NCBI GenBank assembly: GCA_028534125.1
Contig: CM052817.1
Coordinates: 68,202,001-68,266,000 of the forward strand
Length of the DNA stretch: 64,000 bases
Direction: 5' to 3'
From: Lama glama
Lineage: Eukaryota
The position numbers were made by a program, and so were the translations under genes. How positions within the stretch are numbered: the stretch's first letter is position 1; each line of letters opens with the position of its first letter. Positions 25,429 to 39,874 of this stretch are shown one piece after another. The notes under the pieces were generated by a model that ran no database searches, had not been told where the DNA came from, and saw nothing but the letters and a program-made list of their open reading frames with translations.

Positions 25429-27612
25429 GTAAGAATTCGAACCTTAATGTAAAAATGCTTGGCTGTTCAAATCGTGAAAGATGTTCTCTCTAACGGCTCT
25501 GTCTTACTGTGAGATTCAGTGGAAGCATCAGCTTTAACACCAAGGGGCTGTATCAGCACTTCCTCCCTATGCACATTTTGCAAGGATTTGAATTCTCTGA
25601 GCCTGTCTCCTCAAATGAGGAAAAGAGGACAATAATTCCTACTTTGCAGAGTTGATGTGAGGATTAGAGGTAATGAGCATATGTAAGGTACCCAGCACGG
25701 AGTAGGCACTGAATAAATCGCAGCTGTTAGTACTTCGAGTGAAGGGACCATGGTCTTTTTGCACTCACCCACCAGAGAAAAACAGCTCAATACTGAACAG
25801 ATTGCTGCCATTAGTAGCATGTGAAAAATTGGCCATCATTCCTCTGAGAGCAATATCTTCATTGAGACATCTATGAATTGGTCATTTTTAATCTCTTGCA
25901 TAATGACCTATGCTATATACTATATACTGAAACTTTTAAAAGCTACCTTTCCCTCACTTAATCAATGCAAAGACTATTGGCATAATCCTTTCCCCAAATG
26001 GTAACTTAACTATAGTTTTTTTTTTTTGCTATCTCAGAAAGCTTCAATATATTTAACTGTTAATCCCCAAGTGGTGACCAACTCACGTTCCTTTTGTAAA
26101 CTTGCTTTTTTTCTTCAGTGGATTTTCATTAATTAATCTTAACTTCTTTTTTACAAATAAGGTTAACATACTATTTGTGAAAATTTAAAATAGAAAGATA
26201 TATGTAAATTAAAAGTAAAGGCCTTTATTCTCTCTTCAGTTCTACTTTTTAGAGATTATATTCAGGTATACCTTTTCAGATATTATATTTATATGAGTAT
26301 TTATACTTATATGAGTGGGAACATATATGTGGTACATAATCTTTTTCACTTAACAATGTATCTTAGACATATCAATATCTAAATGTCTACCTTTTTCCTT
26401 AAAAAATTCTGCATAGTACTTAATTATTTTAGATATAACATAATTTATGTAACTATTCGCATAATAATAAACATATAGAACATTTTGATGTTTTCAAAAT
26501 TTCAAACAATATTTCAGGCAAGATCCTTGTTTATCTGCAATATATGAGGGTTGTGAATTGCGGTTTCTCTACATCCTGGATTTATTATCTTTTATTACAG
26601 CCATCTTACTGGAGGCAAAGTAGTGTCTCAATGTAGTTTTACTTTGCATTTCCCTAATGACTAATGCTGTTGAGTATCTTGCATGTTCTTATTGGCCATT
26701 CCTGTATCTTCTCTGGTAAAATGTCTTTTCAGATATTTGGCCACTTAAAAAATTGGGTAATTTCCCATCCCATTATCCAGTTTTAAGACTTCTTTATATA
26801 GTTCTGGATGCTGTTCTTTATCAGATACATAATTTACAAATATTTTCTCCCAGTCATGACTGATTCTAAACTCATCTATACATTACTGTGTGTTCTTACC
26901 ACTTTTCTGACTTGAAGTTTCAAAACCCTATTTTTCTATTATTCATTCACTCTCATAGTGTATTCAGTTTCTGTAAGACAATATAATGTTATAATGCCAA
27001 CTGATTAGAGAATTTTTATCAGTGAAATCTACATAATTGGTTAAATGTCCTGGCTGACTTGGCCTTATCTCAATAACCTGGAAGGACAGACATTGGAGGA
27101 CCAAATTTGTCAAGACACCCTAAAGCTAGCTTGATGTTGAGTTCTAGTTCTAAGTTGGCTTTACAGGGACTTTTGGATTAAGCACCTTACTTAGGCCCTT
27201 TCAGCACAGGTTTCATAGTCTAAAACTGCACCTAGTTCTCACTACTGCTATTGCAGAGTAGTTCTCTTTGAGTAACCATATCAATGCATATCAGAGGAAT
27301 TAGGTCCTTCAGAAGTTTCTATTACTGAGAGGAAAAAAAAATGAGGTAATTTTCTTTTGCTCAAAACAGAAAGTATATTAATGATATCTCTCCATAAAGT
27401 TCTATTTGTTCTCCTTTTCCTCTGAGTTTAGATTCAATTCAAAATAGACCCTGGTGTCAGGGATATAAATATAAACGCTATTACTAATATAGCTGGATTA
27501 GAAAATGCAGCTTGGATCTGTGACCACATAGGATCCCCTATACCTTCCCTCTGAGTTGAAATAACCCAACCCAAATTGCAGGGTTTTCCCATGAAATAAT
27601 AATGGCATAATC

Positions 27613-28268
27613 TGTGTTAGTTTTCTATGCTGCATAACAAATTATCAAAAACTAAGTGGCTTAAAACAACATAAATTTATTATCTCACCATTTCCATGGC
27701 CAGCAGTCCAGGCACAGCTTAGCTGGGTGCTCCACTTAGTAGCTCCTATGGCTGCAGTCTAGACGTTTGGCTTGGCTGTGCTCCTTTCTGAAACTCAGAG
27801 TTCTTTTCCAAGCTTGTGGTTGTTGGCAAAATTTGGTTCCTTGTTCCAGTAGCACCAAGGCTTCCATTTTCTTGCTGGCTGTCAGCCAAGGACCACTTTC
27901 AACCAGGCTGCTCTCAGATCCTTGCTACGTGGCTGTCTCCATAGGCAGTTCACGACATGGCTTTGGCTTCTTCAAAGCCGGTAGGAGAGCACCTCTCTCA
28001 TTTCAGCTCTCTCCCTTCAGAGAAGATCTGGACTCTCTTTTAAAGGCTTACCTGATTATGTCAGGCCCACACAGGATAGTCTTCAACTAACTCAAAGTCA
28101 GCATATTAGGGACCTTATTAGGCACCTCTGCAAAAATCCCTTTACCTTTGTAAATAATGTAACCTAATCATAGGAGTGAAATCCCATCATATTCACATAT
28201 GGGGTTATATAGAACATGCTCAACAGGAGGTGGTAATCTTGGGGTCAGTCTTAGAATTCTCCTACCAT
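27613..28268. mobile_element. MaLR LTR (MLT1E/F-like)
   Basis: tgtgttagttttctatgctgcataacaaatt...gtggcttaaaacaacataaatttattatctcac...cacagcttagctggg...tcttagaattctcctaccata. Confidence 0.8.
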
Positions 28269-30748
28269 ACTATCTAAGATGCCTTGTTTGGTGAGCAGGA
28301 TGCTGGACAAATGTGATAACAATCTTTGATACTTCTCAAAGAGGATCAGGTTTAATAATGGCTAAAACCAGCTTTAGAGGGAAGCAATATCTGAGAATCA
28401 GTGCTCTTTTCTTTTTTTCACATAAATAATACTGAGAACACAATTTTTGACTTTTAAAAAGCTGTTCTGCTAACTCTAGATTCATTGTCTAGTCCCTCAT
28501 CTTTACATTTTTTCAATTGCTTATCATAATAATGCTATATGTTTAGTATGCCATTATTTACAAAGTGCATCAAAAGTCAGCAGACAGTAACATAATGTAT
28601 TTAAGTAGTCATGAAAATGATGCTTTCAAGACCTATATATTGAAATGAAAAGATTTTAAAATATATTTTGAAGTGAAAAAGCAGGTGGCAAAAATTACGT
28701 GTACTATAATTACATGTTTATTACCACTTCAGGTAGGTAGGTATAAAGAAAAGAGGAAGAAGAAAAGGAAGAAAGGATAAAAGAAAAACAAGGTATTAAT
28801 AGAAGTTGGATAGTTTATTTTTTTGCTTACCTTTATTTAAAAATTTTTTTTACAATTACTTACGTAATAACAATTCATAATTTTTAACTAAAGAAAATGA
28901 AAGCTTGCTTCTAATGAGTGGGAGAGAAGAATGAGTGTTTTTCATGCAATATAACTATCTTGGCTTCCTGAGCTACATATGATATAATACCATAAATGCT
29001 GGTTTTGTAATTTTAGTTTTGGAAAGGAAGATTAAACTATCTTATGATTTTTGTGGTTGCTAATTGGAAAACTGGGATGAAATCAATAAAATGAGATTCA
29101 GTGAAGAGAGGTAATGTGGCTCACTAAGGGAGGAACAATTAAATGTACAAATAAAGAATAAGGAAATGCTGAACTGGCTGTGACACCACAAGGAAAGAGC
29201 TGGTGGTTATGAATAGTGGGTAATAAATCCGGTATGAGTCAATAATATAAAACAGAGTGTTACAAAAAAAAAGTAAATGCTGTGAAACTGGGTTGGAGTC
29301 ATAGAATATTGTACTTAAAATGAGCCAGAGCTTCACAGATTTCAAGGAAGCAACTAATAAGATATATATTGATAAGTGCCAAGGGAAAAAAGAAAAGGAT
29401 CAGATGATTATGGCTTAAATTAACAAAATTTTAATTAACGTGTCTGGAGTAAAACATATTAACACTGAAAGTTTGAAAAATACAACCTAGAACAATTAAA
29501 ATATTTTTTTAAGGGAGACATTCTTAGCTCTTAAATCCATAACCTATTGAAAACTTCTAACTTGTGGTCTAACATTATTAACCACTGTCTCTTTAAAAGC
29601 AGACTTACTTCCATTTTGAATATCTACCTTATGTTAAATGGAGGCATAAAGAAATATAAAAGCTGAAAAATGCTCATCCTAAATTAATTTAGGACCATGA
29701 TCGTCTAAAGTATTGAAAGTACATGTTGTAATTTTGTACTTTAAATTTAAAATACAATTTATGAGAATCTATATTGAGTGTTTAAAATACAAGCTTTGCG
29801 ATAATTTCATACCAAATAGATCTAGATGGAAGGTTTTATATTCCCCCTGAGAGAATATGCACCAAATGAAAGGCTACCATAAATATTTAGGAATAGTATA
29901 TTAGTAGGTAATTTGACCTGTTAAAATATCTATGGCTGCACTGGTGAGGCATATTTATTATGCATAAAAGTTGCAAAAGATGGCTAGCAACTGATAATGT
30001 GGGCTCTTACAGATTATTTCAGAAGCTGTAGTATTATGATACATCATTTCCTGAAAGATTTTGCAAACCAAATGCCCTACTCTGCTCATGTGGATATATT
30101 CAATGTCTTCACTTTCTAAATAAAAACAAAAAACCCAGCAGCAACATTTTAGGGATTCCAGTCCCTTTCTACAAGAATACACTCTGCACATTCTTGTCAG
30201 GACAAGAATTTGGCTCCTAAATTACTATGAGAAATGGACCAAGCCCAGGATTTGGAGTTAGAAGATATGCTACAGACTAACTCTGTGATTAAGAGCATGT
30301 TACTTCTCCAAGTCACAACTCACAGGGTTGTTGAGGATAAGGCACATTTGACATGTAAACTGTCACGAGAGCTATAAAAGGTGGTTATTATTGCTACCAT
30401 TCCATTGCTCAAGAATTTCTGGCACCTCTTTTTTTGTTTTCTCTTTACTTTTTTAAGTTACAAAATAATCCATGTCCACTAGTCTGGCTTGTATGTATCT
30501 TTCATGACACAAGAAGACCTCTTATATGTTCTTGTATGATATCCAAGCCTTTCAGCCTTACTTTCAAGTCAAATCGACATATATGTGTGCCATGATGTGG
30601 TCACTGGAAAAAAGTTGTAACATGGTTTCTTTACTTGAGGTGGAGCTCATGCTAGAGTTGAGATGATATATAAATCAGTGGTATCAAAAGACCATCAAAA
30701 GTTAAATAACAGTTCAAGATCTAAAGAACAGCTTACACTGTAATTATA

Positions 30749-30942
30749 CAGTTGACCCTCGAATAACGTGGGGGTTAGGGATATCAACCCCATTGGCAGT
30801 TGAAAATCTGCAGAAAACTTTTAACTCTTCCAAAATTTAACCACTAATAGCCTACTGTTGACCAGAAGCCTTATTGATAATATAGACAGTTGATTAACAC
30901 ATTTCTGTATGTTACATGTATCTTATATATATATATATATAT

Positions 30943-30973
<31 letters not shown>

Positions 30974-31790
30974 TACAATAAAGTAACCTAGAAAAAAGAA
31001 AATGTTATTAAGAAAATCATAAGGGAAATACATTTACAGTACTGTACTATATTTATCAATACTATAAGTTTGTCATCTGTTTACAAAATGAATCATTTGT
31101 CAGTACCTACATCAATATTTTATTATATGATACAAGACACTGTAGATGTTACATGTATTTCTAACACTTGACATCAGAAATGAAAAAATATAAAAAAGAA
31201 ATTCCTATTTATTTACAGATATAACGATTCATGCATTGATAACAAAGGAGCAATATGATTGCTTTATGGTAGCCTCGTGTAACTAATATGATTGCTTTAT
31301 GGCAGCCTAGCTTATACACTAATGAATAAATCATTATAAAATTTTTATGACATATATTATTAGTCATACTCATAATACAGTATTGGAAACATTTTGAAAC
31401 ATTTAAAAAAAAATCACTTACCTGTGATGATAGGCTGATATGCAGTCTCTCCAATTATGAGAGAGAGAGAGGCATACTGAATGGTAATGGTAATGTAATT
31501 CCTTGAAAGCAAAATTATAAAACAGTAAGAAAATTAACATGTTATTAATTTTATGTTAAATATCACTCATGCCTATGTAAGGATAGACTAGTATCTACAT
31601 ATTTTTATGCATTCATGACATACCTTACTTTTTTCATATTTTTTTCAATATTTCTAGGTTACATGGTTCATCTGTGAGTTTTTTGAAATTGTCTCAAATC
31701 TCCCCCAGTTTTTCCAATTTATTTATTGAAAAAAATCTCCATATAAATTGACCCACACAGTTCAAACCTGTGCTGTTCAAGGGTCAACTG
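30749..31790 (-). mobile_element. Tigger2-family non-autonomous DNA transposon (TcMar)
   Basis: Terminal inverted repeats CAGTTGACCCTCGAATAAC / GCTGTTCAAGGGTCAACTG; TA before and CA (mutated TA) after. Confidence 0.88.
30924..30978. repeat. (TA)n(TACA)n(CA)n microsatellite inside the Tigger2 element
   Basis: Directly visible. Confidence 0.9.
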
Positions 31791-32075
31791 CAGTTTCCTT
31801 CCCACATTACCATCTCTTTTCCTGCGCAATGAAATCACCTTATTTTTCAAAATTTCCTTTTTATATGGACCCTCAATTTTGGAAATCTTAATCTGCTTGT
31901 CTTTCCCATATACTGTTTTCATGTATTCATCTCTGTACCTTCCAATAAGACATACTCATCCCTTTTATCAACTTCGTCACTTATAAAAGGTTAATTCTTC
32001 TAAAATCCAGTTCACAATTAGTTGATATATATTGCCTGCAGGGTGTTTTGTTTTGTTTTGTTTTCACATGTGCCT

Positions 32076-32270
32076 TTTTTTTTTTTTAACATTTTTTTAT
32101 TGAGTTATAGTCATTTTACAATGTTGCGTCAAATTCCAGTGTAGAGCACACTTTTTAGTTACACATGAATGGATATATATTCATTGTCACATTTTTTTTC
32201 ACTGTGAGCTATCACAAGATCTTGTATATATTTCCCTGTGCTATACAGTACAATCTTGTTTATCTATTCT
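32076..32270 (-). mobile_element. Short LINE-1 3' end
   Basis: Poly-T then tttattgagttatagtcattttacaatgttgcgtcaaattccagtgta, similar to the reverse complement of the L1 tail at 11560-11750; TSD acatgtgcct / acatgtgtct. Confidence 0.85.
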
Positions 32271-33226
32271 ACATGTGTCTTTTTTTTTTTTTGCATTTTT
32301 TTCCCAGCTGGGTTATAAGCTTTCTGATAACATAATCTTCTACTTAATATGTACTTAATAAATTCTAATTAAATAAATGAATGAATAAATGTTAGTTGGT
32401 ACTTAATTTTATACCATAACTAAACATTTTTATTAAGTCATGATTTTAGTGGAAGAGGGACTAAACACTTCTTCTTATGCATCTAATAATTATGAAGTGT
32501 TCTTTTGAGGTTAAAGAAAAATTCTTATGACTGAAATATATTTTATTAGTCTCTCTAGGTCACTTTAATTTAAACTTACAAATTTAATACATTGTCATTA
32601 TAAAAGTTTATACAATAAGGAAAGAAATAAAAATGAAAATCAGCTTTAACTCTACCAAAAAAAAAATCTAACAATACTTACATTGTACACCTGATTTTAT
32701 GTCTTTTATTTTCTTAATATTTTATCATAAGCATTTTCCTATGTTATTAGTCTTAGAAAACATTATTTCTGCGACTATAAATTTCCTTAGAGTAAGGATC
32801 CAGAATTTAACTATTATTTTGCTGAACCCTTAGTGTTATTCCCACTTCTCTCCCACTTTTCACCTCACAAGTGGGTATTGCAGTAACCTTATTGTGCAAA
32901 AATCTCTGCCAATGTTTGTTTCTGTATGAGACTCTTGGAGCTATTATTGAATCAAAAAGTTAACATTAAAAAAGTCTTTTAACAGAAAGTGCCAAATTGC
33001 CTTCTAGAGTGGATAATTTAGATTCCTTCCAACAGAACAATAAGAATGACAGTTCCACTTTATTTTCAACTGGGCCATACTTCAGCAAAATAAATCCAAC
33101 AGGAGTTGGGGAAATGTGACTTTGGAAAAATAAGAAAACTTAACATTTTTTTCTAAAAGCCTGGAAAACTTTATTGTCTAAATTTTTAGGTCTGCTTCTA
33201 ACAATGTCATTTTCTTTTTTGTCTAG

Positions 33227-33412
33227 ATTTTCTATGCAGTTCATGCCTTTCAAGCACGGAGTGACCATGAACTCAGCCTTCAGGAATACCAAAGAGTCCA
33301 TATACTTAGATTTTGTGACCTAAGTGGCAATAAAGAATGGTGGTTAGCTGAAGTTCAAGGGCAGAAAGGCTATGTTCCAGCTAACTACCTTGGGAAGATG
33401 ACTTATGCTTGA
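33227..33412 (+). CDS. ARHGEF38: ARHGEF38 last coding exon (C-terminal SH3 domain 2 and stop; absent from ORF track)
   Basis: ttttttgtctag|ATT acceptor; IFYAVHAFQARSDHELSLQEYQRVHILRFCDLSGNKEWWLAEVQGQKGYVPANYLGKMTYA then TGA at 33410-33412; WW and GYVPANY are SH3 motifs. Confidence 0.96.
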   Translation: MFYAVHAFQARSDHELSLQEYQRVHILRFCDLSGNKEWWLAEVQGQKGYVPANYLGKMTYA

Positions 33413-36400
33413 GAAAATAAGCCTTTGACTTCTATTTTCTGGCAAGTTGTTGATTCACTACCTCATAAAACTGACATTACAAAATGTTGGCCTGGAAATC
33501 AAGAAACCTCCAAAACTCCATGAACTGATACTGTTTTAAGGAACAATGTGCTTCCTAACAAGATTATTTCAAAATGTATTAATGAAGGATACATGTTGAA
33601 GAAAACACTAAACAAACAGGAAAAGCAAAACAAATAGCTTCAGCTCCAACTATCAGCTACTTAAAAGTGATCTTCTGAAAGGGTATGGGTTCTTTATCAT
33701 CATGAAACGTTGGATCTAAGGGCAAGGTTTTTTCAATTTACTGTATTTTTTTTGTGTTATGTATTTTGCTTTAAATGTTTTTTCATATTTTTCTCTCTTG
33801 CACATGCATGCATGTATATACATACACAAATATACACCATACACATTATACAGTTTACACACATATATGTGTACTACATGGTATAGATTATACACATACA
33901 TGCATGAACCAGGGAGTATACTGAATAGACGTAAGAATAGGAATTGGTTACTTAATTAACAGTCAACTAGAAATCTTTGATGTGGAGCCTCTCTTTAATG
34001 TAAGTTTTGAATTTAAAAAACTCTCAATAACAGGATAATAATAATAGCTAACATTTACTGAATGCATACTACATGCAAGACATTACTATGCATGCTTTTT
34101 ATGTGGTAACTTACTTGATACTCACATTATGAGGAAACTGTGGCCCAAAGAGATGAAATAATTCGTTTAGCCCAAGTCACATTGGTATTAAGTGGTAGGG
34201 CTGGGACTCAAACCCAAGTCTGGTTCTGAGGTCCATACTCCCAATCACTACATGGTTACATTTGCTATCAGCAAAGAACTTAGTGATGCAAATAACGGAC
34301 ATTGATGAGGACTGTTTTCTTCTTAGGTCTATATTTAAGTATTGAGAAATTTTTCAAAATCAGGGGCTATAGGAACTTTCACGTTATTAGCCTAGAGAAA
34401 AAGAACTATCTAGGTTAATTATTTTTATTTTTTGCTTAAACTTTTTTGAAAATATAATTGTTTAAAAACTATCCTACATGATCACTAATGATGCTTTAAT
34501 GAGAAAATATTTTTGGATCACTCAATCATGTGGATGATGAATGGGGAATGTGTTTTCCATGCTCTGAGCCAAGATGTAAATATTTTTAGTTGCTGATTTG
34601 TACTTAGACAAGGCAGGCATTGAGGATAACATTTGCTGTAACACAATGTCCTGGGACACTGAACTTTAATTTAGGAATAGCTCAGAACTGTCCCCTATGA
34701 TTTCAGGCATATTTTGTTCCAAGACATTTTATTGAACTAAAGATGCTTCTTTGGAACAGAAGAAGATTAAGTTTGACTTAGTGGTTTCCTTTAAAAACCA
34801 AAATAAGGTGGATTTTTATTGTCCATGTTTGGTGCTAATACACTACATTTTAAGATTAAAATTAAAATTACTTTCAAAGACTTTGCCTCTATAGTGTACA
34901 TTGTTACACATATACTGAAGAGTACAAATGAAATGAAGAGTGCTGCTTCTCAGAGGGCTGTTGACTTTCATGTACATATATGACATGTACAACTACAGAA
35001 ACTCAAAGTAAGACTTTATATGACAGAAAAACTTCTATTTCATATTGTTCCTAAAATTCTTAATCTAAACATAGGTTCATAAGGTTCTACTTGTAAGTTG
35101 TTTTTGCATAAAATATTCTGTTTTCAGTTAGGTACCAAAAGAAGACTCTCTTTTTTGGATACACAGGGACTTTTTATATGTCTTTTAAATGGTCCTTTGT
35201 ACCCGATAGTGTACATCCCAGTTTCCTTAGCGTAAAGCAAAAGGAAATCCAAATTTGCTACTTGTGGAAAATATGAACATGCCCAACAACCAAAATAGTG
35301 GGGAAATTTTATATAATTTAAATTAGCTGTGACCTTAATACTCCCCATAAAATAGAATTATATGAGTAACACATGTCTGCTTTTCTGGCTGAAATAAGTG
35401 ATTAGATGTATATGAGAAGTTTGGTCTACCCGTGTGGTCCTAGGATTGATGCATCCTGACTGACCTTAGAGGAAACCACACCACTAAAATCATAGCTGCA
35501 GTCAGTAGTTGCTGAGCAAGAGCTGTAATGAAGCGCGCTTCTGCAGTCCCCCACTATTGTGGTAAACATACATTGTTATAAAACTCCTTTGTTGCTATTT
35601 TAAAAATACAACCTACATCTCATATGCCATTTAGGTTTTTTGTGTGTGTATGTGAACATTATACATTCATTTTCTAAGTATGTTATTTCAAATCAAGTAA
35701 TTGTAATTTTGAGGTCAGGCATTATTTTGTTGGGCATAAGGGAAATAAAATTCCAAGATAGTTATAATGTGTTTAAGTCTTCAAAAAGCTTAAAAAGATA
35801 AAACTGTGGGTGACATCATTATGATTAAGGCAAAGTATACTAATGTAATTATATATTCTTTCTTTATATCTTTAAAATTAAATGCTATTGTACAGAATTC
35901 TCTGAAATAGGTATTTCTATCGAGAAAGAAGGGGAAACTTTTGTGGGTTTTTTTCCTTTGTAAAACAAACAGGTGTATGTATACATTATATTTAGTATTT
36001 ATTTTTAAATGCAGGTGCTCTAAACTAATATACATAATAATGTTTAGAAATCATAAAAAATCCAGTAATACAAAACCACTATGGGTGCTTAAATCATGTG
36101 AAAAAGTCAGAAAGCCACTACCTGAACATTCCTTGTATTTCAGAAAAATACCTGGTTTTAGTATTTATTAGTACAAAACAATCCTATGAAAGAAGACTTG
36201 TGCAGAAGAGATATAATGCACATTGTTAATCATATAAATGCAGTGCAGCACTGCATGAAATACTTTAAGTGCTGGTATATTCCATATCTTGCCTTTTATA
36301 TAATTTGGACTTTGGAAGATGGCTATTCAGTGCCTGTCACTATTTGTGATGAATATGCAGATGATTTACAAAAACTAGTTAACATAGAATAAAAAACTTT

Positions 36401-36460
36401 TTTCATAAGCTGTTTGGACTTTTGTCTCTTGCAAAAACCTCTCAAAGTAATATGAATAAA
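33413..36460 (+). other. ARHGEF38: Probable ARHGEF38 3' UTR (end uncertain)
   Basis: Follows the stop codon; candidate AATAAA signals near 35744, 36388 and 36454; the site actually used cannot be determined from sequence. Confidence 0.4.
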
Positions 36461-39400
36461 GAGTGGAAATCTTTATATTCTAAGATGGCAAGAAAACTAT
36501 TTATATCCTATTTGTCATAACTATGGCTTCTTAAGGTACTAAATGCACTGTTCAATACTGAATACATCTAGAAACCTCACAAAATTTAAGCTAAATTAGA
36601 CATACAAATTTACATTATATTTGATGAGGAAGGAATTACATTTCATTGACTGAAAGGACTGAAAGGACTTTATACTCTCTAGGGCTATCTAACTATTTAT
36701 AAAAGGTTACTATTTTTAAAGTCTTATTTTTTCAATTATCTTCCTCCTCCTATACATACTAAATAGTATGTATATATAAACTCAGTCATTAAATTCTCTG
36801 TGATCTACGAAATTATTCCAATATAACAAATCTTTACTCCAGGGCCACAAGAATTCACACTGAGTCTCTGTAAGCCAGTTACTGCTTTCACAATACTACA
36901 CTCTAGACAGAGGAAAGATTTGCTTTAATTTTTCATGAAAATAAGTACATTTTAGCATATACTGGAATGAGATGTTCTTGTTCAAAAATCTAGGGAATGT
37001 ATTCTTAGTAAATTAAATACAGCTTACCTTGCTTTAAAGAAATATTATGGTATGTAAATGTATTTATGGCTTTCTCCAATTGCTTATATAATTTTATAAT
37101 TATTGCACTAATAAAAACTTCTCTATAAAATGATGTATTTCCTATATAACCTAAGGTCATCATAATTTGTAATGTTACTAATAAAATGGTACTATCATAT
37201 CCTTGTTAAGAGCTGGAATCACCTAACCTTTCAATATTAGAGGTCTTCCATTTTATCTCATTAATTATCATTTATGTTTTATAGAGGAGGAAACAGATCA
37301 CACAGCTAATACATGGAGGGACTGGGATTCAAAATCAGTCTTCTGACTTTAAGACAGTGTTCTTTTAGAGTTTTCTAAGTCACTAAAATCTCTGATTACA
37401 TAATCTAAGAGAAAGAAATATATATATATATATACTAACAGAAAAGTGATATTAGCCAAATTTCTACTGAAATGGGATTTGAATTTATAATCCTAAAAGC
37501 TTACTTTTTGGTTTGCCAAAACTGTCTATTCATTCACTGAGCCAAGAACTGCAGTGGGAATACTATGGTGTACAAGATACACAAAATCCTTGCCCTCATA
37601 TAACTTAAATTCTAGTGGGAAAAACGAACTACATGTAACAACAACAACAAAAAAAGACAAACACTACTAATACAAAGCTGGCCACTTTCATCATCACATG
37701 CTCAGTTAAAAAACCTTAAACCTCACTTAATGGTAGGGAAAAATCAAGGTTTAGGAGCTACTTGAGGACAAGGAAACTCTAATACCAAATATACCTCTAT
37801 GAAATACCAAACTGAGTTATACATTACTAGATGAATGCATCTTATACCTATATACAGATTCTAAATATATATTTATACACACATATAGTCCATATAAAGA
37901 GCCATACTCAAAAATTATATTGCTTCCTAAACAAGTTTTCTAAAGTCCTCTCTGAAGTACTACAGAAAGTAAAATAATTGCTTTTTTTCCAACTCTATCC
38001 AGCACATTTTGAGTATGATGGAATAAAATTTTCCATTTCAAGTGCCAATGTGCTTTAACTTCTTGTAGGTACTGAAGTTATTAACTGTTATAGTTGTTGA
38101 GCTGAGCTTGTGTCAGGTCATTTTGTCTAGTTTAGTCCAAACTGGCCCTGAACTATAAACAAATAATGATGAATATATCAATGTATTTTTTGGTCGTTTG
38201 ACACTAAAGGGGACTTGGGGTTGATGACAAATTGATATTTAATCAACTGAAATCCACGTTTCTCAAAGCAAAAACATCTGCAGGCGGATTTTAAACATGT
38301 AAATAGATGTTTACTCCACTTTGTAAGTAATAGGATTATCTCAATCTTGAATTGTAATTTATCCTGAATAATTTAGTGTCATTATTTAACAGCAGTTTTA
38401 AAATACCTTTCCTTAAAAGCAACCAAGCATACTTTAAAAAGCTTTATCTTCATGGAAATCAGTTATCAATATATTTTACAATATATGATATTAAAAATAT
38501 AAGGATTAAGGGAAAGAGTTTGAAATGAGAAGTTTATTGAGTGAAGGTTTAGTAACACATCAAAACTGAAGGAACAAGGCTGCTCAGTCTAGCGAAAGGA
38601 GGAATTTGTTGGATTTCTAGTTTCTGGATGAAATGAGGTATTCATGAAGTACAAAACAGCTGCTACATTTTCCTGCGATTGGGAGCAATAAACTACTCCT
38701 CTGATCCAGAAAGCCTCAAGTCTTCTATCAGAATATATATGTAAAACAGTGGTAGGATAATTGGCTAGCTTGCAAGTAAGGCAACAACTCAGACCCCTGA
38801 AACCTTCTGACCCAACGTACACACACATACTTCAAAACAATCTTAAGAATTAGTCATTATATGGGAACTTCTTTTATACAAATTAACTAAAATTAGGTAA
38901 AATGTTGTAACATCTTGGGGCAGTAAAAATAGCCTTTTTTTCATGGTATAGGAAGAAGCTATCAGTATGTAATCAGAAATTATCCATCCACAAAGACTCT
39001 TGGAATGGGCATTTTTTCTCAAGAAATTCTCAGGAATGTGTGTAACAAGGATAAATCAAAATTCAACATTTATTAAGTATATACTATGTGCATACGTTAC
39101 ACTGACAATGTAAGGGAAGTGAACAATGTGAGAAAAGTACTGCATTAAAAGGACATGAGAGTTCACAATCTACTGGAAGAGACATATCCCTAAGTAACTG
39201 ATATGAGGTGACTGAAAAAGGTAAAAATATAATTCCGGGTATGAGAAATCAATTACAAAAATTTAATTTTGAAAAAGGGGAGATGAAATTTTTGGGAGGA
39301 GAGGGAGAATCAATTGAAATGAAGCTGGGGACTGACACTGAATACCCAGGTGATGGGGTGGAGGGAGTAGAAAACTTTATTATTGGGTCATTCCTGCAAA

Positions 39401-39538
39401 CTTGTAAGAATCCTTATTCAGCAGAATCAATTACTGGGATTTTGCTAGAAGATAAACTTTTTTTTTTTTAATTCACATGTGCTACCAGTCTTCCGTGATT
39501 CTGGAAGTTCTCATCAAGAATTAGTCATTCTTGTTGGT

Positions 39539-39638
39539 GGAGGGTGGGTATAGCTCGGTGGTAGAGCTCATGCTTAGCATGCACCAGGTCCTGAGTTCAA
39601 TCCCAGTACCTCCATTAAAAAACAAAAACAAAAACAAA
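39539..39638 (+). mobile_element. tRNA-Ala-derived SINE (Vic-1-like)
   Basis: GGGTATAGCTCGGTGGTAGAGCTCATGCTTAGCATGCACCAGGTCCTGAGTTCAATCCCAGTACCTCCA plus (AAAAAC)n tail. Confidence 0.85.
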
Positions 39639-39787
39639 CTAGATTTCTAATCATTGTTTTCACACACTACAAAAATTGTCAAAATAAAAATGTTAAACAG
39701 ATTTAAAATAACAAACATTTCCAAGTTTTGCTAAATAACATTTAGCTTTTTAAGGTAAGAAATAATAAAAATTTCATTATAAAGATT

Positions 39788-39793
39788 TTTATT
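39788..39793 (-). terminator. INTS12: INTS12 polyadenylation signal AATAAA
   Basis: tttatt on + strand about 80 nt past the INTS12 stop codon; T-rich sequence follows on the minus strand. Confidence 0.7.
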
Positions 39794-39874
39794 AAATTAT
39801 AGTATATTACAGTTTATATCTTAATAAGATTTTAATCTTTAGGGTAATGTGATATAAAAACCTACTTGGCCATA

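Noticed and set aside
31415..31427. Perfect minus-strand splice donor CAG|gtaagt
   Set aside because: Inside the Tigger2 element, antisense to ARHGEF38 and well past the INTS12 poly(A) signal; no supported partner exon.
33329..33334. AATAAA inside the last ARHGEF38 exon
   Set aside because: It lies within the CDS as the Asn-Lys codons of SH3-2; no evidence it is used as a signal.
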